Shown here one piece after another: positions 1-14,929 of a DNA stretch of 64,000 nt. The DNA is from Eledone cirrhosa. Lineage: Eukaryota. The position numbers and the translations under genes were made by a program. The stretch covers positions 370,326,001 through 370,390,000 of the forward strand of contig OZ024741.1 of assembly GCA_964016885.1 (NCBI GenBank), read 5' to 3'. Below the pieces are notes generated by a model that saw nothing but the letters and a program-made list of their open reading frames with translations, did no database searches and had not been told where the DNA came from. Position 1 is the first letter of the stretch; the number at the start of each line of letters is the position of its first letter.

Positions 1-150
1 CTGATGTTCTTACATTGAGGTATTTCTCTTACTGGTAGTAAGGTAGTAAGAAACTACTGACCTTTCCTGTTTATAGTTGTTTATAGTATATACATAACTA
101 TAAATAGTATCTTTATTATTATTATTATATATATATAAGAAATAGGATTT

Positions 151-152
<2 letters not shown>

Positions 153-218
<66 letters not shown>

Positions 219-238
219 GATATATATCTATATCTACA

Positions 239-293
<55 letters not shown>

Positions 294-780
294 TAACAAA
301 ATTAATACAAATAAACGTGTACATATGTATATATATATATACATGAATACATACATACATACATACATGCATACATACATACATACATACATACATACAT
401 ACATGCATGCATACATACATACATACATACATACATACATACAAACATGCATACATACATACATACATACATACATACATACATACATGCATACATATAC
501 ATACATACATACATACATACATACATACATACATACATACATACATGCATACATGCATGCATACATACATACATACATGCATACAAACATACATACATGC
601 ATACATACATACATACATACATACATACATACATACATACATACATACATACATACATGCATGCATGCATACATACATGCATACATACATACATACATAC
701 ATACATACATGCATACATACATACATACATACATACATACATACATACATACATACATACATACATACATACATACATAC
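153..780. repeat. Compound microsatellite (TA)n followed by (TACA)n
   Basis: Directly visible; produces the artefactual MYVC/HTYI ORFs. Confidence 0.97.
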
Positions 781-1210
781 TGTAAGAGTATGTGATAAAA
801 CATAAAACCAAGATTAATATTTCGGCCCGAACTAGTCACTTAGTACTTTTGGGTAAATATTTCCCCCGGGGGAGGGAATGTTGGCAGGCTGCAGTGATAT
901 TTGATGTAAACGAGCATAGCAGTGGGCTTGTAAGTCACACATATTCTGTGATATCATGTTGGTAATTAGACAGGGCTAGACAGCGGCCAATTAACTGTAA
1001 CACGTATATACACGCGTGCTACTACCAGCCCCCCACCCCCCATCTCTCACGCATATATAAACACACACACGCACACACCACACATTATATATTTATATAT
1101 ACTTACATTATATTCTGTTGTATATATATATATATTAATGTATATATGTATATGCATATATATATTCATACACACATATATATATATACATATATTATAT
1201 TCTGTATATG

Positions 1211-1241
<31 letters not shown>

Positions 1242-1250
1242 GTGTGTATA

Positions 1251-1637
1251 AATAAAAGGAATTCCAACTTTGTCTAACTTACTCGTTTTATTTACAATCC
1301 TTTAAAATTGTAATTATATTATAATGTAATAGTATGCTAGAATATTAAATGTTAAGTGTTAATTGAACAAGTACTTTCATGCTTTCGCAATCTTCAGGTT
1401 TATATTCAGTGGTGACAGTCAGGTTTACAAACTTAACTGTCACCACTGAATATAAACCTGAAGATTGCGAAAGCATGAAAGTACTTGTTCAATTAACACT
1501 TAACATTTAATATTCTAGCATACTATTACATTATAATATAATTATAATTTTAAAGGATTGTAAATAAAACGAGTAAATCAGACAAAGTTGGAATTCCTTT
1601 TATTAATATAATCTTCTATACACAATCATACACACCT
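1251..1637. mobile_element. Palindromic PLE pseudo-LTR-like element, family A copy 1, in a (TA)n context
   Basis: About 170-bp near-perfect inverted arms (about 1251-1420 and 1435-1604) plus a 3' extension; homologous copy at 42124-42579; each arm carries a hammerhead motif. Confidence 0.8.
1453..1491 (+). ncRNA. Minimal type I hammerhead ribozyme motif (mirror copy at 1364-1402, minus strand)
   Basis: TAAAC-CTGAAGA-TTGCGAAAGCAT-GAAA-GTAC-TT-GTTCA; one mismatch in stem I. Confidence 0.7.
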
Positions 1638-1699
1638 GTGTATATACACACCTATTTATATATATGCATACATATATATGTATATATATGTGTGTGTAC

Positions 1700-1744
<45 letters not shown>

Positions 1745-1778
1745 TATATATACGTACACACACACACACATATATACA

Positions 1779-1815
<37 letters not shown>

Positions 1816-1947
1816 AGAAGCAGGTATTTATATTTATATTTATATGATAACCAGATTTAATATACGAATATTCATCCAAGCAAATATTATTGTAAGATTT
1901 GTACCGTACAGCATTCATAGGCACACATCTATGATTATATATATATA

Positions 1948-1988
<41 letters not shown>

Positions 1989-2074
1989 ATGTGTATGTGT
2001 ATGTATGTTTGCGTGCGTGCGCTAATTTTTATGTAATTATATATGTATGTATGTATGTATGTATATATATATAT

Positions 2075-2821
<747 letters not shown>

Positions 2822-3003
2822 TTATATACGAACACACAGACATATGTACAAATAAATAAATAAATAAGTAAATAAGTAAATATATACATAAATATATGTG
2901 TGTGTGTGTGTATATGAACATTCCTACATAAATCTAATTGTCAGCCAGTATTGACACACACCCTTTATAACTTAATAAGACCACGTAGTGAGATGCTTTT
3001 AGT

Positions 3004-5340
3004 CAGCGGTCCCCAACCACAGGAGTATGGGCCTTTTGGTACCGGGTCGTACAGTAAGAATAAATCCCTTTTCCCATTTTCTTGACTATCGTTGTCTACC
3101 AAATCTTTTATTTTAAGAAATGCCTTCCGTTTGTGCCTCTTTTCTATGCGTGTCCCAGTCAAATTGTTTTCGATGCACACATGCCAACCCTAGAGAGTTG
3201 AAAATGCGTAGAATAGAATAGAAACCTCTCTGTAGAGCTTCTTTCAAACGGGGAAAGACCTAATGATCAGATGGCAGAGGTCTTAAAAAAGAAAGAAAGC
3301 TGCATTTAAAAGAAAATTACAGGCTCTTCGCAACAAGTGATTTACATGCCCTAAGCCCACTCTGTGTAATATGTGGCGATTGGCTATCATCGAGACCATG
3401 AAGCCTTCAAAACTGCTTCGCCACAGAGGGATCAAGCATCTTGAATTAAAAGACAAGCCTTTGGATTTTTTTGAAAGCATTAAAATGAACAGGAAGGGCA
3501 GATGAAAATATTGAAGGCCACCACATCAAATGTGTCTGTACTGAGAGCACCATTCTTAGTAGCTAACCCTATTGCCAGCCTTTCACTATTACTGAAGAGT
3601 TGATCCTGTCTGCCGCTAACGACATTTGCCGTGAAGTTTCAGGAGAGGCTGCAGTCAAAAAGGTAGTACTGGTTCCTCTTTCGGTTAACACCATAACTAG
3701 ACGACTTGAAATAATGGAAGACATTGAGACACAATGGGTGGCATGTCTATTGGAGCATGCATATCAACAGGCTAATATTGTGTCCGAACACGGAAGAGCA
3801 GAACTCCCACTTTCATCGCCTCCATCTCTCTTGCCCTCCCATCTCTCTGTATTATGAGCAAATGGGGTCCCACGTGCTGACCGCCCCACAGCCCCGGTGG
3901 ACAGAATAGAGAAGGTGTTTTCCCGGAGGATAGTAAAGGAGAGGCGTTGGAAGAGCCATTCCATCTAGCGAGGTTCACACCTGTGGCTGGCTAGCTCAGC
4001 GCCTATGGTGGTAAGTAAGGATGTAGCCCTAGGGTCAAGGACACCAGAAGTCTCCACCGCAAATCTGTCGGAGAGCGACCTTTACTTGGAGAGTTTGCCC
4101 TCCTCAGCCCGAAGTGCAGCAGAACCTGGGTTCAGATGATTAATGAGTCACGTGGAACGTAATCCAGGTTGACTAGTCTACCGACGTTGAAAACAAGGGA
4201 ATGATGTTTGCTTTGCGCGACACATTTTCCGGGAGGATGTACATGAGGATATGTTATGTGCATTACTATTGACACCCAACACCACAGGTGCAGAACTATT
4301 CAAGTCGTTGTATGATTAAACTGGTCATTTTGTGTCAGTGTATGTACGGACGGAGCGACTGCCATGACTGGACGACTTTCTGGTTTCACTACTCGGGTCA
4401 AACAGGTTGTCTGAATGTAAATCTACGCATTGTGACATACACTGGGAAATACTGGCTAGCCGGAGAATGTCACCTGAATTTGGCAGTGTTTTAGAAAATG
4501 TGATTAAATTATTAACAACACCAAAGCACATGTCCTTAACTCGCATATGTTCGAGCTCCTCTGTAAGGAAATGGCGCAGAGTACAAACGTCTCCACTAAT
4601 GCGCACAAGTGAGATAGTTTTCTAAAGGTAGATCGTTGGCTAGAGTATTTGAGTTACTAGAGCCGCTTCATAAATTTCTTTTAGACTAATAGTCACCACT
4701 TGCAGACATTTCAGTAGAACAGGGTGTGTTGTAAATGTTGCTTACTTGTGTGACGTAGTCAACCTGCTCAACAAACTCAATCTGTCACTTCAGGGGAGAA
4801 TGACAACTATTTCGAGTTGGAAGATAAAGTGGCTGCATTTAAGGCCGAGCTGGAAGTGTGGGGACGGCGAGTGAAAATAGGAGTATTTGACATGCTTCAA
4901 ACATTAGCCGGAACTTTGGAAGAGACTGAACCTGGGCCTTCAATGTGCCAGCTGCTGCACGATCACCAGTCTCAGTTTTTTAAAAAGTTTGAGCATGGGA
5001 AGAAGCGGGGTAAATCGACTTTATCCTTCATGGAAGAAAACCAACTGTTTGAAATCGCAAATAATGGTTAGCTTAAAAGTATATTTCAGACTTCAAATCT
5101 CCCTACATTCTGGATTAAATTCAAGCAAAATATCCTGAGATCGCCAAAAAAACACCGAAAACCCTGCTTCCATTTCCAACATCCTATCTTTGTGAGGCGG
5201 GATTTTCTGTTGGGACAGTAACTAAAACGTGACTACAGGGCAGACTAGACATAAGGAATACATTTCGAGTGTCACCGTCTCCAATCACCCCTAGATGGGA
5301 TCTTCTAGTGTTGCAGGTAAACAAGCTCAGGCTCCTTTCA
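3004..5340 (+). mobile_element. Degenerate hAT (Charlie/Buster-type) DNA transposon, transposase pseudogene
   Basis: Left end CAGCGGTCCCCAACC; fragmented motifs VPLSVNTITRR, QVD*STDV, CTDGATAMTG, LAYLCDVVNLLNKLNLSLQG, LLPFPTSYLCEAGFS; many stops and frameshifts; no right TIR found. Confidence 0.88.
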
Positions 5341-5584
5341 GAATACAAGTTATATGTTATTTACGTTGGACACCTTTCCCAAAGTATTTACATCTTAACG
5401 TCCAGAAGCACATTAGCAAGATATTCTTAAAAAGTTCAAGACAGCACTATGACTGCAGCACATTAACATTTGAAGTCCTTACTCTATCTAATACGGCACA
5501 TTTTTACACCAATATGTCCACTAGTAAAGTTGCTGTAAGCATTTCAATTAACAAACTAAATTTTAGATATTTTATGTTTAATTA

Positions 5585-7305
5585 CACCGAGTAATATATA
5601 TTTGTTCCCCGGTTGTAAGTCTCATTTCCTGGTTTTCTATATCCCATTATTATAAAAGAAAACTATTATTTAATTAGAAGTTTGGGTTTGTGGTTAAAAG
5701 TTTGATATTTCGAAATTTTCATATTTTTCAAGAAAAAACACATTTTTTAAAAATTTATCAGTTCATATAATTAAATCAACAGAGTATATATTTATTTTAT
5801 TACACAAGCTTATCAAAAGCAAACGAGTAAAAACAAATAACACTTATAAAGAAACTTATACATGTCAGAAATGACTGGATTTCCTGGATTTGCGGTTGTA
5901 GGCCAGGTCGCATTCCCGCACTAGCCCCCAGATATAGACCCCCATCATTTTTTCATTGTAGTGGCCCTGGTACCTCCACTCTATCTCTTTCACATCTTGA
6001 TGGAATCGTTCGCCTTTTTCTTCTGAGTAGGCGCCCATATTGTCCTTGAATTTTTCCAGGTGAGCGTCCAGCATATAGAGTTTAAGCGACATCCTGCATC
6101 CCATGGCGCCAAAAGCCTTTATCAGATCCTGCACCAGTTGCTGGTAGTTTTCAGTTCTATAGTTGCCCAAGAAGCCCTTAAAAACTGCCTTGAAACAGTT
6201 CCATGCTGTTCTCTCAATCCTATTGAGCTTATTGGAGAACTCGGTAGACTCAAACACCTTCTTTATCTGAGGTCCACAAAAATTCCACCTTTGATTTTGG
6301 CTTTAGATAACTTGGGGAAGAACTCAAGAAGGTACTTAAAAGCGGCTGATTCTTGGTTGAGAGCCTTCACAAACTGCTTCATCAACCCCAACTTAATGTG
6401 CAGTGGCGGCATGAGCACAATCCTGGGATCAACCAGTGGCTCCCACATGACGTTCCGGGTCCCAACTACAAATTCTGTTCGCTGCTCCCAGTTCTTTCTT
6501 TTGTAGTGGTTAGAGGTGGCTCTGCTGTCCCAAAGGCAGAGGAAGCATTGGAATTTGATAAAGCCTCCTTGGAGTCCAAGCAGGAAAGCCACCATCTTGA
6601 AGTCTCCAATGATTTCCCAATTGTACTGGTTGTATTGTAGAGCTTCCAAGAGGACTTTCACACTGTAGTAATCTTCCTTCAGGCAGACTGAATGAGCTAG
6701 GGGCACTGTCGGGAACTTGTTTCCATTCTGGAGGAGGACAGCCTTCAAACTTGTGGTGGAGCTGTCTATAAATAGCCGCCACTCCTTGGGCACAAACGGC
6801 ACCCCAATAACGTCAAACAGTCCAGGCACGTCATGGCAGAAGCAGAGGCCATCCCTAAGAGTGTAAAAGCCTGAGAAAGGTTCGTGTCGACTTTTCTGAT
6901 TTGTCACCTGTACTTCCTCCTTGACAAAGTTCCACTGCTTCATCCTGGAGACGAATGCTTAAAACACAACTTACCCTTTATTCAGGGTGCGAAAATCCAG
7001 TATCAATAAATCTCTTTAATCCACTTTTTTGCACCTTTATAACTTACTTTAGGTATTACTCTTTATTTTATAATTTTAATTTAACCTGAAACATATATTA
7101 AAAAAATCATTTAACATAAGCAAATTAAACTTACATACAACGTAAAATCCAGCATACAAATAATTCTAGTGAATAGCTTAGAATTTTTATAAACCCAAAC
7201 TTTTAATTGTTTAATAGCACTTTTTAATTTATTTGGGACCTAAGTAACACAAAAAAAGTGATTACAAGCCAGGAACAGAGAAAAAAATGTGTTTGTTACA
7301 CGGTG
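5585..7305 (-). mobile_element. Chapaev3 (CMC) DNA transposon, internally deleted, with TIRs and a TTA target-site duplication
   Basis: Ends CACCGAGTAA... and ...TTACACGGTG; TTA at 5582-5584 and 7306-7308; ORFs 6263-6943 and 5865-6257 carry WRLFIDSS, GDFKMVAFLLGLQGG, PPLHIKLGLMKQFVKAL, GERFHQD; frameshift near 6265. Confidence 0.9.
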
Positions 7306-7737
7306 TTATTGCAGGATGTTAGAAGTTTTAAATGTCATCAAAATGGTACTGGGGCTATCACATTTAATCTCACCAGCCTCTCAAATATTTAATAACATAT
7401 GTGCATGGCCATAAATACGGCTCTTTCTCACTCTCTCTCTCTATTTCGTGCAATCTCTCCCTCTCTATTTCTCTCCTTCCCCTCATTCTCCCTTCTCTCT
7501 CTCTCCCTCCACTCTCTCTCACTCCCCCCTCTCTCTCTCTCTGGTATTATAGATTGGATTGTCGTGTACGCTTCGTTATTCTGTTCTATGAGTTCGAACA
7601 CCACTGAGTTCAGTAGTGATTGTTTTTTTTCATCATTAAGATATCGATAAAACAAAGTACCAATCAACTACTATAGATTCGTCGGAGTGCAAGAGGGCGG
7701 CACAGGATACCTTGCGGTATTTGCTCCGGATCTTTAC

Positions 7738-8204
7738 AGACGTCATTGGTGCCGACGACGTCACTGCTGCCGCTGACGTCACTGGTGCCGCTGACGTCAC
7801 TGGTGCCGCTGACGTCACTGGTGCCGCTGACGTCACTGGTGCCGCTGACGTCACTGGTGCCCCTGACGTCACTGGTGCCGCTGACGTCACTGGTGTCGCT
7901 GACGTCATTGGTGCCGACGACGTCACTGCTGCCGCTGACGTCACTGGTGCCGCTGACGTCACTGGTGCCGCTGACGTCACTGGTGCCACTGACGTCACTG
8001 GTGCCGCTGACGTCACTGGTGCCGCTGACGTCACTGGTGCCGCTGACGTCACTGGTGCCCCTGACGTCACTGGTGCCGCTGACGTCACTGGTGCCGCTGA
8101 CGTCATTGGTGCCGACGACGTCACTGCTGCCGCTGACGTCACTGGTGCCGCTGACGTCACTGGTGCCGCTGACGTCACTGGTGCCGATGACGTCACTGGT
8201 GCCA
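7738..8204. repeat. GC-rich 18-bp minisatellite (GCTGACGTCACTGGTGCC)n, about 26 units
   Basis: Directly visible; most units contain the palindrome TGACGTCA. Confidence 0.97.
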
Positions 8205-8224
8205 CGCTGTATTTGTTATTCACA

Positions 8225-8785
8225 TTATAAAACAACAACAAGAATATCAGCATCATCATCATCATCTACAATGACTTCAACATTAACATCAACATCATCA
8301 ACATCAACCACAATATCATCAACAACAAACACATCAACAACAGCATGTTGATGGTGATGATGGTGATGGTGGTGATGATGGTGATGGTGGTGATGTTGAT
8401 GATGGTGATGATGTTGATGATGATGGTGATGATGATGGTGATGGCGGTGGTGATGGGGTGGTGGTGATGATGATGATGGTTTAATGATGGTGATGTTGAT
8501 GATGGTGATGATAGTGATGAAGATGATGGTGATGGGGATGGCGATGGTGCTGATGATGTCGGTGATGGTGATGTTGATGATGGTGATGTTGCTGATGATG
8601 TTGATGATGTCATGTGATGGTGATGTTGATGATGTTGTTGTTGGTGCTGATGGAGTGCTGTTGACTTTTATGATGTTAGTGTTCATGTTGCTGATGGTAT
8701 TGTTGTTGTTGTTGTTGTTATTGATGTTATTGATGTTGTTGTTGTTGTTGTTGATATTATTGATGTTGTTGTTGTTGTTATTCTT
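8225..8785. repeat. Degenerate (CAT/CAA)n then (GAT/GGT/GTT)n trinucleotide tract
   Basis: Directly visible. Confidence 0.92.
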
Positions 8786-9083
8786 GTTATATTTACAGGT
8801 GTTAAAGTGAAATATTTCTAATTAAACACTTGTGATGAAACTAAAACATGTATTTCGCAGAATATTAACTATTTAAAACACCAATCAACGGTGATGCAAA
8901 TTTGTAGAGAGAGAGGGGGGAAGCGGGGGGGGGGGGGGAGAAAAAGAGAGAGAGAGAGGGTGGTGGTGGTGGGGTGACAGAGATATGAGGGACGGGGAGA
9001 TAGATAGACACTATATACGAGTGTATATATATTTATATATATATGTATACACATATATATTTTTTTAATCTATTTGTATATAC

Positions 9084-9115
<32 letters not shown>

Positions 9116-9412
9116 GTATTAATGTATGAGAGTATATATATATATGTATATGTATTTATATATATATATATATATATACGTATATTATGCAGGCTAGATG
9201 GATTTTAATAAGCACGTTCTGTATCTAGTGTAGTTCCATTTACAATTATATATATTCATACATACACACACATACATACACACACATACATACACACTCA
9301 AACACATATATATGTGTGTGTGTATAAATACATACGTACACACATACAGGCACGTGTGTATGTGAGCGTGCTGTGGCATATATACTAATATATATACACA
9401 TACATATGAGTA

Positions 9413-9459
<47 letters not shown>

Positions 9460-9552
9460 TGAAGAATTTTGACAGCAATTTTTTTGAATCTATATCCTTG
9501 AGATGGTAGGGGTAAAATTAATATAAATACATACATCTCACACATATATATA

Positions 9553-9713
<161 letters not shown>

Positions 9714-9762
9714 TGTATATATATGTATATATATATACAAATATCTATATTTAAATATATAA

Positions 9763-9814
<52 letters not shown>

Positions 9815-9968
9815 TTATACTGACTGATGCACCTGCAAATATAACCTTTGAAACACACACACACACACACACATATACATATATATATATGTGTGTGTGT
9901 AACCGTCTCTAATTTCTTGATCAATCCTTCAATCTCTATCATACTCCTACCACCTCATCACACACTCT

Positions 9969-10047
<79 letters not shown>

Positions 10048-10158
10048 ATACCCCTCCTTATTCTCTCTATTAGATGTCACACCTTTAAATCTCTCACTGC
10101 CACCTTCAACCTTCACTATTTAACAATATTCAATTTTCTGTTACTGTTCTTCCTAGTG

Positions 10159-10509
<351 letters not shown>

Positions 10510-10524
10510 GTATGTATGTATGTA

Positions 10525-10600
10525 TCGTTCAGCGCATCGGTAAGGGTTCTGCTACATGGATATAAAGTAGTGGCCGTACTCGAAAACGAGTTGGCAGCCA

Positions 10601-10604
<4 letters not shown>
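10525..10604 (+). mobile_element. About 80-bp 3' stub of an RTE-like element within (TA)n
   Basis: Near-identical to 54604-54682. Confidence 0.8.
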
Positions 10605-10678
<74 letters not shown>

Positions 10679-10679
10679 G

Positions 10680-10802
<123 letters not shown>

Positions 10803-10847
10803 GTATATGTATATATATGTATGTATGTATGTATATGTATGTATATG

Positions 10848-10906
<59 letters not shown>

Positions 10907-10977
10907 GTATATGTATATATATGTATGTATGTATGTATATGTATGTATATGTATATATATATATATATGTATGTATG

Positions 10978-11010
<33 letters not shown>

Positions 11011-11081
11011 GTATATGTATATATATGTATGTATGTATATGTATGTATATGTATATATATATATATATATATGTATGTATT

Positions 11082-11112
<31 letters not shown>

Positions 11113-11278
11113 GTATATGTATATATATGTATGTATGTATATGTATGTATATGTATATATATATATGTATGTATATGTATATATATATATATATATGTCT
11201 GTTTGTATGTGTCTATATATCTATATATATATAATATAAGTATGTAACGACTTAAAGATATATATATATATATATATA

Positions 11279-11784
11279 ATTATAATGAAATGACAGGAGG
11301 CTGGACTTGTGTAAATCCTTGAAAGGTTTATTATACTATGATCATTTCAATGACCGGGTTCCGTATGAATCCGGTGATATCATCAGGTATTCGCAATATA
11401 ATAAATGAATGTAATAGATAAAATCCATGGGGCTGAAAATCAAAGACCCGAGGACGACCGCCATCCAGCATCTTCCACCTTTGCCGGTCGCCCTCAAGTC
11501 TTGAGGGCGACCGGCAAAGGTGGAAGATGCTGGATGGTGGTCGTCCTCATCTTTGATTCATACGGAACCCGGTCATTGAAATGATCATAGTACAATAAAC
11601 CTTTCAAGGATTTACACAAGTCCAGCCTCCTGTCATTTCATTATAATATTTAACTCCGTACTAGCACCACCAACTACAAAAACAAAGACGGTTGAACTGC
11701 TTTACGTTGAGTACTCTCAATTTTATTACATTAAGATTGACCATACGGAATTGACCAGCTCTATCCAGTGGTGAACCTCAAACC

Positions 11785-11787
<3 letters not shown>
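11279..11787. mobile_element. Palindromic PLE pseudo-LTR-like element, family B copy 1
   Basis: Outer inverted arms (about 11279-11371 and 11555-11647) and an inner palindrome (11449-11549) centred on CAAGTCTTG; single-arm homologue at 53571-53786. Confidence 0.8.
11333..11390 (-). ncRNA. Minimal type I hammerhead ribozyme motif
   Basis: Minus strand ATAC-CTGATGA-TATCACCGG...CCGGTCATT-GAAA-TGATCA-TA-GTAT; palindromic stem III ATGATCAT. Confidence 0.72.
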
Positions 11788-11830
<43 letters not shown>

Positions 11831-11999
11831 CACACTCACATATGTATATATATATATATATACACGCACATAAATACACGCACAAACACTCACACTCACA
11901 TAGTTATGTCTATATTCAACTTCAATATAACATCTCCATACACATTTACCACTGCTACTACCCCGATCATTACATTTCTTCTTCTTCTTCTTCTTTACT

Positions 12000-12260
12000 G
12001 CGTGTATCTTACCGAGGTCAACTTTAGATTTTATAAAACATAATTTAATTGGCATTTCCCCGTCACCAAATTATTAGGTTTGTGCCTAAACAATAACTGT
12101 TATTGCAGCATATAGTTATGAGTTCACACCTCGCCGAGGTTAACTTTGCCTTTCATCCTTAAATGGGGCGCTAAAATAAAGTACTAGTAATGCACTGGAG
12201 TCGATTTAATCGATTTTCCTCTCCCCTAAAATTGTTGGACTTGTGCCAAATGTAGAAATT
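12000..12260 (+). mobile_element. Octopus-type SINE fragments (two partial copies)
   Basis: GAGTTCACACCTCGCCGAGGTTAACTTTGCCTTTCATCC...CTTGTGCCAAATGTAGAAA matches the other SINE copies in the window. Confidence 0.75.
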
Positions 12261-12329
12261 ACCCTAAGTTCCGTAGTTAACTGTGAACATCTGCCATATT
12301 ATTTATTTGGTAAGCTTCAGCAGGAGGTT

Positions 12330-13090
12330 TGGTGACCGTGGTAAAATTTGTCGGCTGACAGACAGATCTGGAAGAGACCTTCTTTCACGGCATGCCGTCA
12401 CAGCTTCTTCAAGTATCCGCAAGGCGGAGGGTGGTTGTAGTGTCAAAGGTGGTCTATTCCAGTAAATTTTGCGAAAATGCAGCAGGCCACGTTGCATGTA
12501 AGTAATATTACCCGACCAAAGTGAACATTTATCGACAAGCGGATGTGAAATTACTCTGCATGGCTCACACTCGAAGGTTTCTTGAATTTATGTTACTTGT
12601 TTCTTGATGCAGAACCGACTGAAGGAATTCTCTTCCGTTGGGATTGTTTCTATTAAGGAATATCGAGGGAAATTTTCAATGTCTGGAAATTCTTAAATAG
12701 ACAGATGTAGAATTTAGCGATAAGTTGGTATATAGCGTAGTTCTAGCAACAATATTCCGAGTTGTCATAGAACGACGGTTTCTTTGGTTTTCAGGGAAGT
12801 GAGTTCTTTGTTCACAGATTAATGGTACGCATGGTGATGACAATGCCTTTTGCTGTTCTTAGCAGTGAGGCACATACAATACCTCCAGATGCTCTTTCGT
12901 GGTGTAACTGATACGCGATATGCCATTCCATTGGAGAAGCAGTGGTCTCTGAGCGGCAAATGAATTCTTTTCAACAATTACAAGATGGTGGAGGTGGTTG
13001 GCTACGTAGATGTATGGTTCCGATTGTGGCATTTGATGGTTGAAACCCTTATCATTGTAGGCGCATTAACGACATTATAATATTTGTATA
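12330..13090 (-). mobile_element. Highly degenerate non-LTR (RTE-like) endonuclease/linker fragment
   Basis: Frameshifted remnants resembling W..HFQNLLNRP and EEAVTACRERRSLPD; weak, by-eye call. Confidence 0.4.
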
Positions 13091-13287
13091 TTGGGGGAAA
13101 GTGATGTCTTCCAAATAAAGGGGGAGTTAAATCAACTTACATTCTTCTTTGTTACCCTCAGATATGTGATTGTGAGAGTATCATGTGTGACGTAGCTACT
13201 AATAAAATCTTTTGCTACTTAAGTACATTGGTGTATACACACACACATACATACATCTATCTATATCTATCTATATATATGAATGTA

Positions 13288-13338
<51 letters not shown>

Positions 13339-13554
13339 GTATATATACATATACATACACACACACACACACACATATATATATACATATACATATACAT
13401 ATATTTACATATATACATATACATACACACAAACACACACACATATATATATACATATACATATACATATATTTACATATATACACCCACCCACACACAC
13501 ACACACACATATATATATATAAATAAATATATATATATATATTTATATATAAAT

Positions 13555-13740
13555 GTTTCTACTTTTGGCACAAGGCCAGCAATTGCTCAGTACATTACTG
13601 GTACTTTATTTTATCAACCCCGTAAGGATGAACGGCAAAGTTACCCTCGGCGGGATTTGAACTCAGAATGGCAAGGGCCGTAACGCTATGCGTCAAAGCA
13701 TAGCGTCCGACCCTCTACCGATACTGCCAATACACCGCCC
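13555..13740 (-). mobile_element. tRNA-derived octopus-type SINE
   Basis: Minus strand has A-box-like TGGCAGTATCGG, B-box GAGTTCAAATCC and 3' end GGCCTTGTGCCAAAAGTAGAAA; many copies in the window. Confidence 0.85.
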
Positions 13741-13758
13741 TATATATATATATATACA

Positions 13759-13790
<32 letters not shown>

Positions 13791-13922
13791 CAAGCATATA
13801 TATGTATATACACATATATATACATATATATATTTATATATATATGTATATATATAGATATATATATATATACAAGCATATATATGTATATACACATATA
13901 TATACATATATATATTTATATA

Positions 13923-14032
<110 letters not shown>

Positions 14033-14139
14033 AATACCATTGTACTTGGTAAACCGATTAAAAATTATTATTTTGAACGCAACTGAAAGATATTATTAAA
14101 AAATCTTTCATCCTCTCAGAATTTTTCTCGTTCTTATCA

Positions 14140-14701
14140 TTTTCATTATTATCATTGTCATCATCATCACCACCACCACCACCACCGCCCCAACTATCAC
14201 CATCATCATCATCATTATCATCATCATCATCATCATCATCACCATCACCATCTTCATCATCATCATCATCATCACCATCATCATCTTCACTAAAATCCTT
14301 CACCTCATCTTTTTCATCATGAAAATCTTTATTATCGTCATCCTTATTATTATTATTACTATTATTATTATTAATATCACCGCTATCGCCATCATTATCA
14401 TCACAGTCATCATCGTCATCATCGTCATCATCGTCATCATCTTTATCATCTTTATCATCTTTATCATCTTTATCATCACCATTACATTCGTTTTCGTCAT
14501 TATCAAATTCGTGTTCATCACCATCATCATCACCATCAACATCACCATCATCATCATCATCACCATCAACATCAAAATCAACATCACCATCATCACCATC
14601 ATCACCATCATCATCGCCATCATCACCATCATCCTTATCACCACCTTCATCATCACCATCACATTCGTCATCATCACCATCACATCCGTCGTCATCATCA
14701 T

Positions 14702-14742
<41 letters not shown>

Positions 14743-14886
14743 TCCTTATTATCATCAGCTTAATCACAGTAGCAATAATTATCATCAACATCAACATCAT
14801 CATCATCATCATTGTTATTATCATTATTATTTATATCATTATCAGTATTTTTAATATTATTACTAGTAGGAGAAATATTAAAAAAA

Positions 14887-14929
<43 letters not shown>

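Noticed and set aside
10-839. Long ORFs of [12 protein letters not shown] type here and throughout the window
   Set aside because: Translations of (TACA)n, (TA)n and (CA)n microsatellites that simply lack stop codons
7428-7710. Minus-strand ORF MIGTLFYRYL... as an exon
   Set aside because: Sequence resembles the SINE core (TGGTACTT..TTTATCGA..GAACTCA) and runs into (GA)n
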